A stretch of DNA of 64,000 nt from an uncultured Acetatifactor sp. (GTDB taxonomy: Bacteria > Bacillota > Clostridia > Lachnospirales > Lachnospiraceae), in NCBI GenBank assembly GCA_964403595.1, contig CAYOGM010000001.1, positions 11,676 to 75,675 of the forward strand, read 5' to 3'. The notes under the pieces are model-generated. The model was not told where the DNA came from, did not search any database, and was given only the letters and a program-made list of their open reading frames with translations. Below are positions 1-9,669 of this stretch, one piece after another. The position numbers and the translations under genes were made by a program. Positions within the stretch are counted from its first letter, which is position 1, and every line of letters begins with the position of its first letter.

Positions 1-180
1 ATCTGTGGTATATGTACTATAAACAATCTTTTAATTCTAAATTTCAGTAAAATTTTTCTCAAAACTTACTTGTGTCAAGTGATGTCTTGTTTTTTCTTGT
101 GCACCATTTCCGAAATATCAATTCACCATTCATGCACATCCCCAAACTTACACATTAAAACAATCAAAGAAGAAAGGACT

Positions 181-1239
181 ATGCCTATGCAAAAAGACAA
201 ACTAAACCATTTCATTTCAACAAATCAACGCTCTAAATTATCCATTTATTGTGCCTCAGGACCTGTCACTATTCCTATGACCAACGACTATCTCTTCCGA
301 GCCCTGCTACAGCTCAATAACAAGGTTCTGAAATATCTTATCAGTGCGCTCCTCTGTATTCCTTTTTCAGACATTATCTCCGTTGAAATCCTTAATCCTA
401 TCATCTTGGGTCAGGCTTATGATGAAAAGGACTTCTACCTGGACATTCGGGTCTGTCTCAACAACCAAACTATTATCAATCTGGAAATGCAGGTAATCAA
501 TGAACGCAACTGGCCGGAGCGTTCTCTAAGCTATCTCTGCCGCAGCTTTGACAACCTATACAAAGGAGCCAAATACCACGAAGTTACTCCTGCCATCCAA
601 ATTGGTCTTTTGGACTTCACTCTTTTCCCGGAACATCCGGAGTTCTACGCCACCTACAAAATGTTAAATATAAAAAATCATCATGTATACAGTGACAAGT
701 TTCAACTTTCTGTGTTAGACTTAACTCGTATAGACTTGGCAACTGAAGAGGACAAACAGTTCGGCCTTCACCACTGGGCTTCCCTCTTCAAAGCAACCAC
801 ATGGGAGGAGATTATTATGCTTGCCGAACAGAACGAATATATTTACTCCGCTGCTGAAACAATTTATAAACTCACTCAAGAAGAGCAAATTCGCCTACAA
901 TGCGAAGCCAGAGAGGATTACTATTGCAGACAGCGTTATGCGCAGCTCGAAAAAGAACACACAGAAAAAGAGTTGGCTGCGGCCAGAGAAGAGACTACTG
1001 CCCTTAAGAAAGCTACTACTGTTCTCAAGGAAGAGGCTGCTGTTCTCAAGGAAGAGGCTGCTGTTCTCAAGGAAGAGGCTGCTGTTCTTAAGGAAGAGGC
1101 TGCTGTTCTTAAGGAAGAAGTTGTTACGGCCAAAGAGGAAACCGCTGCCACCAAGAATCAACTTGCTTCTGCCGAAGCCGAGATTGCAGAATTGCGGGCT
1201 CGCATTGCGCAACTTGAAGCTGCCAGCCGACAATCCTAA
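181..1239 (+). CDS. Rpn family recombination-promoting nuclease / PD-(D/E)XK 'putative transposase' with C-terminal heptad coiled-coil repeats
   Basis: Motifs TNDYLFRALL, KDFYLDIRV..NLEMQV and ERSLSYLCR are typical of the Rpn/PDDEXK_2 family. Start moved from 70 to ATG 181, which follows an RBS-like AGAAAGGA. Confidence 0.85.
   Translation: MPMQKDKLNHFISTNQRSKLSIYCASGPVTIPMTNDYLFRALLQLNNKVLKYLISALLCIPFSDIISVEILNPIILGQAYDEKDFYLDIRVCLNNQTIINLEMQVINERNWPERSLSYLCRSFDNLYKGAKYHEVTPAIQIGLLDFTLFPEHPEFYATYKMLNIKNHHVYSDKFQLSVLDLTRIDLATEEDKQFGLHHWASLFKATTWEEIIMLAEQNEYIYSAAETIYKLTQEEQIRLQCEAREDYYCRQRYAQLEKEHTEKELAAAREETTALKKATTVLKEEAAVLKEEAAVLKEEAAVLKEEAAVLKEEVVTAKEETAATKNQLASAEAEIAELRARIAQLEAASRQS
817..1239 (+). 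CDS. Predicted intragenic small protein (Rpn-S-like C-terminal product, 140 aa)
   Basis: GGGAGGAG at 803-810, 6-nt spacer, ATG at 817 in frame with the Rpn ORF (WEEIIM). Confidence 0.55.
   Translation: MLAEQNEYIYSAAETIYKLTQEEQIRLQCEAREDYYCRQRYAQLEKEHTEKELAAAREETTALKKATTVLKEEAAVLKEEAAVLKEEAAVLKEEAAVLKEEVVTAKEETAATKNQLASAEAEIAELRARIAQLEAASRQS
1021..1125 (+). repeat. 21-bp tandem repeat, 5 copies (GTTCTYAAGGAAGAGGCTGCT = VLKEEAA), last copy degenerate
   Basis: Seen directly; further degenerate copies flank it. Confidence 0.95.
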
Positions 1240-1259
1240 ACCGAATCCTATAAAAATGC

Positions 1260-1311
1260 AACCCAGCCGGGTACTGATTATCATGCAATTGTCAGTACAC
1301 AGCTGGGTTTT
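1260..1311. terminator. Long imperfect inverted repeat between convergent genes, probable bidirectional terminator
   Basis: AACCCAGC-CGG-GTACTGA ... TCAGTAC-ACA-GCTGGGTT followed by T residues. Confidence 0.6.
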
Positions 1312-1318
1312 CTATACA

Positions 1319-2926
1319 TTAAACATCTCCATACAATCGGTACACATTTACATATCCCCATGAACCCAATTGTTCAAATTTATTTACAGACGGACAGCTT
1401 GCCATCACGCTGTCCAAAACCGCCTGATGATTGCAGGAATTGGTAATGTACAAAATAAACTCTGCATTATTTCTGCATTCAGAATCATTCAACATGCCCA
1501 AATTCTTTTCTTTAAAAAAAGTAACACTATTATATTTCGACACATCATAAAACGAAGGCTGTATCTTCCATCGGGTGTCATATACATAGATGCAGTCCAA
1601 TGTGGCATGAGTCTCCGCCATATTTATCAGAGGCTCACTCGCCTTCTGCAGATTACTCCACGGAGCATTCCGCCAGCTGTTAATCGTCATTACCGTCAGT
1701 AACAGCACCAGAATAACTCGGTACTTCTTTGTGAAAATCTTTTTTGTTACCAGACAAACCAACCCGATAATACCGGCTATTAACACTGTGTAAATCGGCT
1801 GCTGATACCGCTCCGTAATGTAAACCGCAATTTTCGAAACCGTGATAAAATAAAACACACCGGGAACAATCAACAAAATCCACCTTATCTTTTGACCTGT
1901 GGCGCCCTGCTTTTGCTTCTTGTGCTTCTCTTGCTGTTTTTTCGATTTCTGACTGGTAGGCTTATCCGTCAGCCAATGTATCACAATTCCCAAAAGACAT
2001 ACAACCATTATGTAAGTCAGTAGCCCACCAAAAAGCTGGTCATTTATAAAGCCATAAAAGCTTTTCAACCGGCTCACAAACTCCTCCATGGAAGAATCCT
2101 TGAAATTACGCATGGACTGCTGTCCTCTCTGACCTGAACCAAATATATGCTCAATCATTGTCGGGAAAATCAACACCGAAAGTCCACCGGCAGCTGCCAT
2201 AGTCACCAACAGGCTAAGCGCCTCTTTCCATTTCTTGGATGCCAGGTAATAAATCCCCAGCACAAGACACAGATAAAATAAATATACGATGAAATAATAG
2301 TGGGTCAGCGCTCCAACAACTGAAATAATCCCCACTGTTACCCAGAACTTTATCGTATATTTCTCATTTACCGACTTGATAAACAAATACGTAATTGCTG
2401 TCACAAAAAATAATGTCATGACATACATTCGCAAAAATGCAGTTGTATCTAAGATACATGCCGAGCAGACAAAAAACAATGAAACTACATTCACACAAAA
2501 TGCATCTTCCGTCATCAAAACTAACAGCCTGCGTAACATGAACAGCGTCAGTACGGCAAATATAATATTAATAATCCCTGCATACCAAATACTATACTCC
2601 CCTGGAAATAACGAACAAATGGTATGAAGCAATGCATAATATAAGGGCGGATGAACATCTATTTCCTGATTATACCATACATTAGTATAATCAAAACGAT
2701 ACCATTCTTGGGCAGTCATATACTCCAAAAAGGGAGTTGCCGGGTCCGCATATGTCACACCATCCTCCACCCGCATGGAAATTGAATTATCAAATACCTT
2801 GTTTGCCAAGCCATATGAAAAAACTTCATCCACATGGAGATTTTGCTTTTGGGAGATGGTGAGGATTATTCCCACAATCAAGAAAATATATATAATTATA
2901 TTTTGCCATTTATTCAAACGTCTCAT
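1319..2926 (-). CDS. GT-C fold (GT39/PMT-like) polytopic membrane glycosyltransferase
   Basis: HVDEVFSYGLAN first-loop acidic motif, DVHPPLYYALLH, FLRMY, THYY and many TM segments; paralog of 18240-20165. Confidence 0.7.
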   Translation of the reverse strand: MRRLNKWQNIIIYIFLIVGIILTISQKQNLHVDEVFSYGLANKVFDNSISMRVEDGVTYADPATPFLEYMTAQEWYRFDYTNVWYNQEIDVHPPLYYALLHTICSLFPGEYSIWYAGIINIIFAVLTLFMLRRLLVLMTEDAFCVNVVSLFFVCSACILDTTAFLRMYVMTLFFVTAITYLFIKSVNEKYTIKFWVTVGIISVVGALTHYYFIVYLFYLCLVLGIYYLASKKWKEALSLLVTMAAAGGLSVLIFPTMIEHIFGSGQRGQQSMRNFKDSSMEEFVSRLKSFYGFINDQLFGGLLTYIMVVCLLGIVIHWLTDKPTSQKSKKQQEKHKKQKQGATGQKIRWILLIVPGVFYFITVSKIAVYITERYQQPIYTVLIAGIIGLVCLVTKKIFTKKYRVILVLLLTVMTINSWRNAPWSNLQKASEPLINMAETHATLDCIYVYDTRWKIQPSFYDVSKYNSVTFFKEKNLGMLNDSECRNNAEFILYITNSCNHQAVLDSVMASCPSVNKFEQLGSWGYVNVYRLYGDV

Positions 2927-2993
2927 CAAACTTCTTTTCTTTCTGGTCTACCTGACTGCACATCAACAGACATACAAGTTCGTTTATTTCCTA

Positions 2994-5762
2994 TCATTTA
3001 TCAATTCTCGGAAACAAAGGAATCCATCTGAAGTCATCTGTATTAATTCTCATCCATAAAGATGTTATGGTATATGTAGGTGTATTCCACGAAAAGGCTA
3101 TTAATTGCTGTGCATCATTATAACCTAATAAACTACTTGCAATTCTATCATCTGTCCATTTTTCTTTTCGATTACCATTTTCATCTACAGCTTTATAGCC
3201 TATCAATTTAGCTCCTGCACATTCCAGATACTTTTTAACTACAGCCATCTCCCCATCATCTGTCTCATCGCTATATCGCTTAAAATATCCTTCTGGAAAT
3301 GCCTGTTGCGCTACGATTTTAACATTTTTCAATCCAATCTCTTTTAATCTTGCATAGAAAAATTCTTCATTCTCCTTTTCATAATACAAGAAAGAAAAGA
3401 ACAATTTACACTGTTTCAACTTCTCCCTTAGTTCCTCACACAACTCTTCCACATGCACTTCCTGTGTCTGCCTCTCTTCAACCGGTATCCCCATATAGGT
3501 CTCAAAAACAGATAAAATCTGCTTACCGGAACAAAATGCATCCTCTAGAAATACAATTCTTTGTCCTTGCCCCGAATCTGCCAAAATTCTCTCTAAAGAT
3601 TTTGCTTTCCAATTACTGCCCATAACATTATTAACAATGTTCATATGATAAGTAATTAATGCACTTCCATCCTGTAAGTTGCCTATATTACAGACTTCTA
3701 AATCGCTTTTATTGCATCCTTCTTCCTTTATTAATCTTGCAAAATTTTTCCTTAACGCATCTGTAATTTGTGATTTGGATATAATCTGAACATCTCCAAG
3801 CATCCTTATATATCCATTCAAAAAAACATCAAAATCTCCCGCTTCATCTTTAAACGACATATATTGCTTCAAATGCGTCTTCAAATATGTTTCATCAAGC
3901 CTTACACCCGTTCCTGTCTCAAGATCAAAACTCTCATAAGTTTTCCATTTCTCAACCAGCCCCTTTATCTCACCCCAATGGGAATCAATACTGCTCTCAG
4001 GTGCTAATATGTAGTATTCTTTAAAGTACTTCTTTTTGTCCAAATACTTCTTTATTTCATTAATATGCTCTTCATCTTCCTGACCATAAATAACCATATC
4101 ATTTATCAACAATCCGTACATCCTAAACAAAACAACTTCTGTTGCAATATAAACAATATAGCGGTCTTCCGGATAGGAAACTAAAAAATTCTGAGGCTTG
4201 CGCGAAGCTCGGCTCTGTAACCAACTATCTGCTTCAAACTCCATATCTCGGTCTTTATTCATTTTATCGTCTATGGCAATATTACTATTCATAGACGCAG
4301 CTGATATATCCGGCGTACAAATAAGCAAAATATCCGTTTTATCATTGCAATAAAAGCGCGAATCACGTAATATTTCCTTAATTTGATTAACTTCCATTAT
4401 GACTGCATTAATAAATTCTTCTTTGTCTTTACTAACCTTTTTCCCAATCACCCTGGAATAAAACTCTTTTTCTTTATAAATTGCCTTTGTCAGATTTCTA
4501 TCTGTAAATGCCACACAACGTTTGAAAATTGCTCGCTTGTACAAACTACTCAATATATTACATGCATTTTGATACCTATCCCTGTCTACAATCTCTACAC
4601 CGGAACCTATATTGTTAAAGATAAAATCAAAATTCTCACATATTACCATACTATCATTCAACATAAGAATTTTTGACAAATCTGTAAAAAATCCTTTCGT
4701 AGACTTATCCAAATCCAAAAGTGCATACCGCAACATTTCTTCCGCCGTTAATGTTTTTTGATGATAATAAATATTCTCAAACATCATAAAACGCGAAATC
4801 ACTAACTGATCCACTGTATTAATTGCAGCCGGTGCAATCGCCATCTTATAAATCATTGTATCGTCCGGATCATGATGCGCTACCATATCGTAACTTTTCT
4901 GGTTAGACACAACTCTTAATTTCTGAAAGACCCTTGACATATCCACAGCTACAGGCACTCCGGTTGAATGAGAATCCCTTTTCAAATAATCCAACTTATC
5001 AGAATCAATCTGTCCACTTATGACTTTAGCATAAGGAATATACGACTCTGAATAGGGAAATCCCAAAATAATACATATTATTTTTTCAACCAACTCATCT
5101 TGATTGTATTTTACAAATTCAAAATTCTCCAAACCATCTTTTATAATTTCCAATAATTTTCTTACCGATGTCGAATTCAAAATCAATATAGATATAAGCT
5201 CAGAAAATGAGGGCTTTATTTTTAAATTTTCATAAAACAAATCCCTAATAACATCGATTTTATCATATAAATTTGACTCTCTATTCTTTTGAAAATACAT
5301 TTCAGATGCATGGCTACAAAACATATGTCCGCAATCATGAAAAATAGCAGCAAGTCTAATGACCTGCCGCACTTCTTTTTTAATACAAACCCCTTTCTTT
5401 TCCAACTCTTTTGTAAGCTGAAAAGACATGGTATCTGCTGTTTGTAAAACCCCTAATGTATGTGAAAATCTCGTGTGCGTAGCGCTGCTATATAGAACAT
5501 CTGCCAAACCTAACTGCTTAATATTTCTAAGTCGCTGCATTATAGGACTATCTAAAATAAATATTTCTCCTTCATTTATCTCAATAGTACCCCACACCGA
5601 ATCATAGAAATTCTTAGTATGCATAGCACTCAATCTCATGTTGCTACACTTTCTCTCGCACTCTTTAAGATAAGAGCCCATAGTTTGGTCTACATATGAT
5701 TCTATCTGATTTCTCATCCACTCCAATTCATCTTTTTGCAGTAAATCTATAACTCTTCCCAT
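2994..5762 (-). CDS. HD-domain (SAMHD1/dNTP triphosphohydrolase-like) protein fused to a C-terminal phosphoribosyltransferase-like (PRTase-CE-like) domain, 922 aa
   Basis: HD motifs: QRLRNIKQLG..HTRFSHTLG, FHDCGH..SH, IDSDKLDYLKRDS, RFMMFENIYYH. PRTase motifs: IVFLEDAFCSGKQI (PRPP-loop-like) and LGY..Q.L.AF..NTP....LW...W.PLFPR at the C-terminus. Confidence 0.8.
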   Translation of the reverse strand: MGRVIDLLQKDELEWMRNQIESYVDQTMGSYLKECERKCSNMRLSAMHTKNFYDSVWGTIEINEGEIFILDSPIMQRLRNIKQLGLADVLYSSATHTRFSHTLGVLQTADTMSFQLTKELEKKGVCIKKEVRQVIRLAAIFHDCGHMFCSHASEMYFQKNRESNLYDKIDVIRDLFYENLKIKPSFSELISILILNSTSVRKLLEIIKDGLENFEFVKYNQDELVEKIICIILGFPYSESYIPYAKVISGQIDSDKLDYLKRDSHSTGVPVAVDMSRVFQKLRVVSNQKSYDMVAHHDPDDTMIYKMAIAPAAINTVDQLVISRFMMFENIYYHQKTLTAEEMLRYALLDLDKSTKGFFTDLSKILMLNDSMVICENFDFIFNNIGSGVEIVDRDRYQNACNILSSLYKRAIFKRCVAFTDRNLTKAIYKEKEFYSRVIGKKVSKDKEEFINAVIMEVNQIKEILRDSRFYCNDKTDILLICTPDISAASMNSNIAIDDKMNKDRDMEFEADSWLQSRASRKPQNFLVSYPEDRYIVYIATEVVLFRMYGLLINDMVIYGQEDEEHINEIKKYLDKKKYFKEYYILAPESSIDSHWGEIKGLVEKWKTYESFDLETGTGVRLDETYLKTHLKQYMSFKDEAGDFDVFLNGYIRMLGDVQIISKSQITDALRKNFARLIKEEGCNKSDLEVCNIGNLQDGSALITYHMNIVNNVMGSNWKAKSLERILADSGQGQRIVFLEDAFCSGKQILSVFETYMGIPVEERQTQEVHVEELCEELREKLKQCKLFFSFLYYEKENEEFFYARLKEIGLKNVKIVAQQAFPEGYFKRYSDETDDGEMAVVKKYLECAGAKLIGYKAVDENGNRKEKWTDDRIASSLLGYNDAQQLIAFSWNTPTYTITSLWMRINTDDFRWIPLFPRIDK

Positions 5763-6169
5763 AGTTCAACACCTGCCGCTTCACAAAATTCTTTAGCAAT
5801 TTTATTCATTAGAGGTATATCAATATCAATAATAGTATTATCATTTAAAACCTTATTTGCACGATATGGTGTCATTTTGATAGTCATGACAGACCACATT
5901 GGATTATCCGCTCCGGAAAAACTTATCCCATATCCATTCAAATTCATAAACATAGCTCTTATCTGTTGATATGTTTCTTCAACCGGTACCTTTATAAACA
6001 TATCCGATAATTTGGCAAACTGTCCGGCATCCATATTCTCATGCAATATGTCTTCCATAGCCTGAACTCCCTGCTGAAACTCTTCACCGGTAAATGGAAT
6101 CGATGTAACTCCACATACACACAACGCTGCTACAAATTTCTCTAAAAAATTACTAGCTTCCTGTTTCAT
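5747..6169 (-). CDS. Hypothetical protein (140 aa), overlapping the HD-PRTase gene by 16 bp
   Basis: ATG start, soluble composition, stop at 5747 overlaps the downstream start at 5762. No family recognised. Confidence 0.75.
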   Translation of the reverse strand: MKQEASNFLEKFVAALCVCGVTSIPFTGEEFQQGVQAMEDILHENMDAGQFAKLSDMFIKVPVEETYQQIRAMFMNLNGYGISFSGADNPMWSVMTIKMTPYRANKVLNDNTIIDIDIPLMNKIAKEFCEAAGVELWEEL

Positions 6170-6325
6170 CAGACCACATCACTTTCTATAATATTCAATA
6201 TCCACATTTTATCATACTCCATCTAGTATGCATAGATGATGTTTTCAACAATATTTTGCTCTTCTTTTTATTTATTTATCCTATAAACAGAATATATAAA
6301 TTCCATTTAAAAATACATTTTATAA

Positions 6326-7006
6326 CTATAAGGAATCTAAAATCGCACATACTTGTTTGCAAATAATATCATCCTTAAAATAGAAATGCCCTCCATCAAA
6401 CATAAAAACATTCTTAACATTAGCACATTTCTTCCATTCAAGCATCTGCTCCGAATTCACTAAAGCATCTTCTCTTCCACCCAAAAGCATGACGGGTATA
6501 TTAACATGCCGGTTAGTAAATCCTTGCCTATATGTTTGGCACAGATGTATATCATTTTTAATGATTGGCAACATTATTGCCCGAAAAACACTAGTCTCAA
6601 CGATTCGTTGCGAAACCTGTTGATTCTCCAACAACAATTCTACCAAATCATCATCTTTTTTCATTTCGGCGATTCGCGTTCCGGGAAACAATTGCGGTGG
6701 CAAACAAGCTGAAACACAAACACTACAAACTTTATACTGTAGCTTTAGCAATTCATCTGCCATATGCCAGGCAACAATCCCGCCCATACTATGTCCGAAT
6801 AAAATAAGCTCATCCTCTTTAGACACTCTGCACACAATGAACCCAAGGACATCTTCATATAGTTCTTTATTCGAATCGCACACTGCCTCATCCATCCTAT
6901 ACCAATGGCCACGATAGTCAACATTTATGATTTCTTTGTTCGTTTTCCAGTTCCTATACATATCCGAACTTCCACCGGCACAAGGAAAAGTAATAATTTT
7001 TTTCAT
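6326..7006 (-). CDS. Type II thioesterase (alpha/beta hydrolase)
   Basis: FPCAGGS, LFGHSMG nucleophile elbow, GGHFY catalytic His. Start taken at ATG 7006. Confidence 0.85.
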   Translation of the reverse strand: MKKIITFPCAGGSSDMYRNWKTNKEIINVDYRGHWYRMDEAVCDSNKELYEDVLGFIVCRVSKEDELILFGHSMGGIVAWHMADELLKLQYKVCSVCVSACLPPQLFPGTRIAEMKKDDDLVELLLENQQVSQRIVETSVFRAIMLPIIKNDIHLCQTYRQGFTNRHVNIPVMLLGGREDALVNSEQMLEWKKCANVKNVFMFDGGHFYFKDDIICKQVCAILDSL

Positions 7007-7019
7007 TTCGCTTCTTAAT

Positions 7020-8114
7020 TTACTTTGCCGCATTTTCAGCCGCTATCGCATTATCAATGAGAACTTTGTGTTCTTGAACAGCCTTTTCCCATTCCACATA
7101 GCCTGCATTCCACTGCTCACTATATCGCAAATCCTCTCTACGATCTGAAATATCATAATTCTGAACAAGATATTGTGCCAAAAATTTTGTGTACTTCTCC
7201 GCACCATACAAGTTTACATGATCTCTATTATAAAAATCATGCCCAAAGTCAATTCCCATATCATTGTAATAATTATTTGTATTGACAAACTCATATCCAT
7301 ACTCGTTTACGATTTTCCCTACATAATTATACATTTTATGAATTGATTCATCTTCCATGTAAAAAGGATTTAACGTAAACACTGCTGGAATATCATTCTC
7401 TCTACAATATTCAAGAAGATCAATAAGAATTTTATTTGTTTCCTCTGAGAGCCCACTGCATTCTGTGACATGTGAATAATCATTTGTAGGCAAATTACTA
7501 TAAAACGCAAACGTCACAAAATCAAACCCTTTGTATTTTGTTGGAACAGCGTTCCCTACATACTTAAAATTTTCTGCACTCAGGTTCTGCCAATTTGAAT
7601 GATACATCATAAAATCTAGATATACAGCCGGATCCTGTTGTTTTTGTGGCTGCTCTGCACCGAACGAATAATTCACAATATCATTTCTATTTGCCGAATA
7701 TTTAAACGAGTCCGTTACATTCCGAAGATAAGCCTCTGAATAAAACCCTTCATGTTTTTCCCTAACTTCAAGCGCTCTTAAATCAATTACATACAATTCC
7801 GGATTTTGAGTTTTCTGAGCCTCTTCAATCATTCCTTTCAGCAATGCAGGTGACATTGAATCTGTGGAAAAATCATAGGACACTATTCCGCATTCATTCC
7901 ACGCTGTGTAAGGTGCCCAAAATACATATGTAGAACTTCCCCCAATCAGCACAACATCAATAGAATCTGGCTCCTCTGCATAATACCCTACAACATTCCT
8001 TCTATTAACGGATATAGGACGAAACAAATAAGAAATCTGCATAAACGCCCATACAAACAAGAGCAAAAAAATAATTGTTTGAACTATCCAAAACTTATTT
8101 TTTAAGAACGCCAT
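7020..8114 (-). CDS. SGNH-like extracellular acyltransferase (DltD/AlgJ-like) with N-terminal membrane anchor
   Basis: One N-terminal TM, IGGSS block I, DFYNRDHVN (D-x-x-x-x-D-H, block V-like); immediately downstream of an MBOAT gene. Confidence 0.65.
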   Translation of the reverse strand: MAFLKNKFWIVQTIIFLLLFVWAFMQISYLFRPISVNRRNVVGYYAEEPDSIDVVLIGGSSTYVFWAPYTAWNECGIVSYDFSTDSMSPALLKGMIEEAQKTQNPELYVIDLRALEVREKHEGFYSEAYLRNVTDSFKYSANRNDIVNYSFGAEQPQKQQDPAVYLDFMMYHSNWQNLSAENFKYVGNAVPTKYKGFDFVTFAFYSNLPTNDYSHVTECSGLSEETNKILIDLLEYCRENDIPAVFTLNPFYMEDESIHKMYNYVGKIVNEYGYEFVNTNNYYNDMGIDFGHDFYNRDHVNLYGAEKYTKFLAQYLVQNYDISDRREDLRYSEQWNAGYVEWEKAVQEHKVLIDNAIAAENAAK

Positions 8115-8131
8115 AAATCACACTACCTCGA

Positions 8132-9664
8132 CTAGAAATTTTTGTAAATAAAATCGGTCGCTACATATGATGGACCATAAATACCCAAAATCAAAACCAC
8201 AAACAATGCTACAAGCATCACAATCCATTGTGCAAACATGTTTTGTTTAGAAAGTTCACTTCTTATACGAACTCCTCTCTCATGAGCAATTCCCACTACC
8301 AGCAATGTAAATATTCCAAAATAAATTACATTAAAATCCTTCCAGGTTAACCCCAATTGATAAATCGAACCATCAAAAAGAGGAGCAAATGTAAAATTAT
8401 TCTTTACATTTGACAGCATATTTATTCCATCACAAACGCCTTCTGCTCTTACAAAAACCCAACTTGTACACATACAAACAAATGTCCGGAGCATTCTGAA
8501 AATTCGCCAACTCAATACATCCGTCTTAATATGAAATACATTTATCATTTTCTCAGTTACAGGCCTTGTTGCCTGACCTGCTATTAGGAAAAATCCGGGT
8601 ATTAAACCAGATGCCAATATATATTTCCATGCGCCTCCATGCCATATACCTATCGTAATCCACAGAATCAGCATACATAAATATGTTGATATATCTTTAC
8701 TTGCCTTTTTCCCAAAAGTCTTTTTTAATTTCTCTATTATTTTACGATTTGGCTTCGATTTCATCATGGGATATAAAATGTAATCTTTAAACCAGTCTCC
8801 CATGGTAATATGCCACCTTTTCCAAAACTCTGCAACTGTCTCAGAAAAGAACGGAGAGTTGAAGTTCTCTGGCAAATTAATACCAAAACATTCGGACGCA
8901 CCACATACAATATCCATACATCCCGAAAAATCAGTATATAATTGTAAGGCAAATAACAATATGGCCAAAACTATATATATACCGGAATATTTCTCATAAT
9001 CACCATATACCGCTGAAACAAATATTGCAACACGGTCTGCAATCACAATTTTCTTAAAAAGACCCCATAAAATACGCTGAATGCCATGCAACACTCTGAT
9101 ATGGTCAAATTTATGTGGTGTAAAGAGCTGTGCTTCCATCTCCGAATACTTAAGAATCGGGCCAGATGTCAATGGTGGAAAGTATATTGTATACAACAAA
9201 TGTTTCATAAAATTTTTCTGAGGTTCACACAATTCCCAGTACACATCTAAAACATAACCAATAATTGATAATGTATAATATGAGATACCTATTGGAGCCA
9301 GTATTGATATTTCAGGCACAAACAACTCATGACCAAATACCCCCGTTACCAATCCCGCCACATTATAACCAAACAAAACATATTTGAGACTTGCCAATTC
9401 GCCAACAGTCAAAACAATTGTCAATATAAGCCATATCTTCTTTTGTTTTTCACTTTTGCTTTTCCGAATACCTAAAGCACCACCCCATGTAACAATAGCA
9501 GCAAACAAAACATAAATAATAAGCTTTATTCCCGAAACTTGAGAAAAAAAAGATAAGCTAATGAGCAGCAAAATAACCCATTGATACTTCTTTATCGGAA
9601 AAACATAATATATCAATACTGCACAAAACAAAAACACCCAAAAAGCGAGAGATGTAATACTCAT
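8132..9664 (-). CDS. MBOAT family O-acyltransferase (DltB/AlgI-like)
   Basis: PIGISYYT, GLFKKIVIAD, YTDFSG, ENFNSPF, EFWKRWHIT, IGIWHG. RBS GGGAGG before ATG 9664. Confidence 0.92.
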   Translation of the reverse strand: MSITSLAFWVFLFCAVLIYYVFPIKKYQWVILLLISLSFFSQVSGIKLIIYVLFAAIVTWGGALGIRKSKSEKQKKIWLILTIVLTVGELASLKYVLFGYNVAGLVTGVFGHELFVPEISILAPIGISYYTLSIIGYVLDVYWELCEPQKNFMKHLLYTIYFPPLTSGPILKYSEMEAQLFTPHKFDHIRVLHGIQRILWGLFKKIVIADRVAIFVSAVYGDYEKYSGIYIVLAILLFALQLYTDFSGCMDIVCGASECFGINLPENFNSPFFSETVAEFWKRWHITMGDWFKDYILYPMMKSKPNRKIIEKLKKTFGKKASKDISTYLCMLILWITIGIWHGGAWKYILASGLIPGFFLIAGQATRPVTEKMINVFHIKTDVLSWRIFRMLRTFVCMCTSWVFVRAEGVCDGINMLSNVKNNFTFAPLFDGSIYQLGLTWKDFNVIYFGIFTLLVVGIAHERGVRIRSELSKQNMFAQWIVMLVALFVVLILGIYGPSYVATDFIYKNF

Positions 9665-9669
9665 GTTAA

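Noticed and set aside
1021..1125. Possible CRISPR-like repeat array (also 34224-34300)
   Set aside because: The units are directly adjacent with no spacers and are in-frame coding; no cas genes are present.
181..1239. Rpn genes as IS transposases
   Set aside because: No terminal inverted repeats or target-site duplications were found around either gene, and there are no DDE or HUH motifs.
821..1363. Alternative-frame and antisense ORFs over the Rpn repeat (RKRLLFS, ENSSLFL, RTAASSL repeats)
   Set aside because: They are a by-product of a stop-free 21-bp repeat, and no initiation signals were seen.
2980..6290. Possible direct repeats (TTTATTT..CCTAT) flanking the HD-PRTase cassette
   Set aside because: The match is short, imperfect and low-complexity, so it cannot be distinguished from chance.
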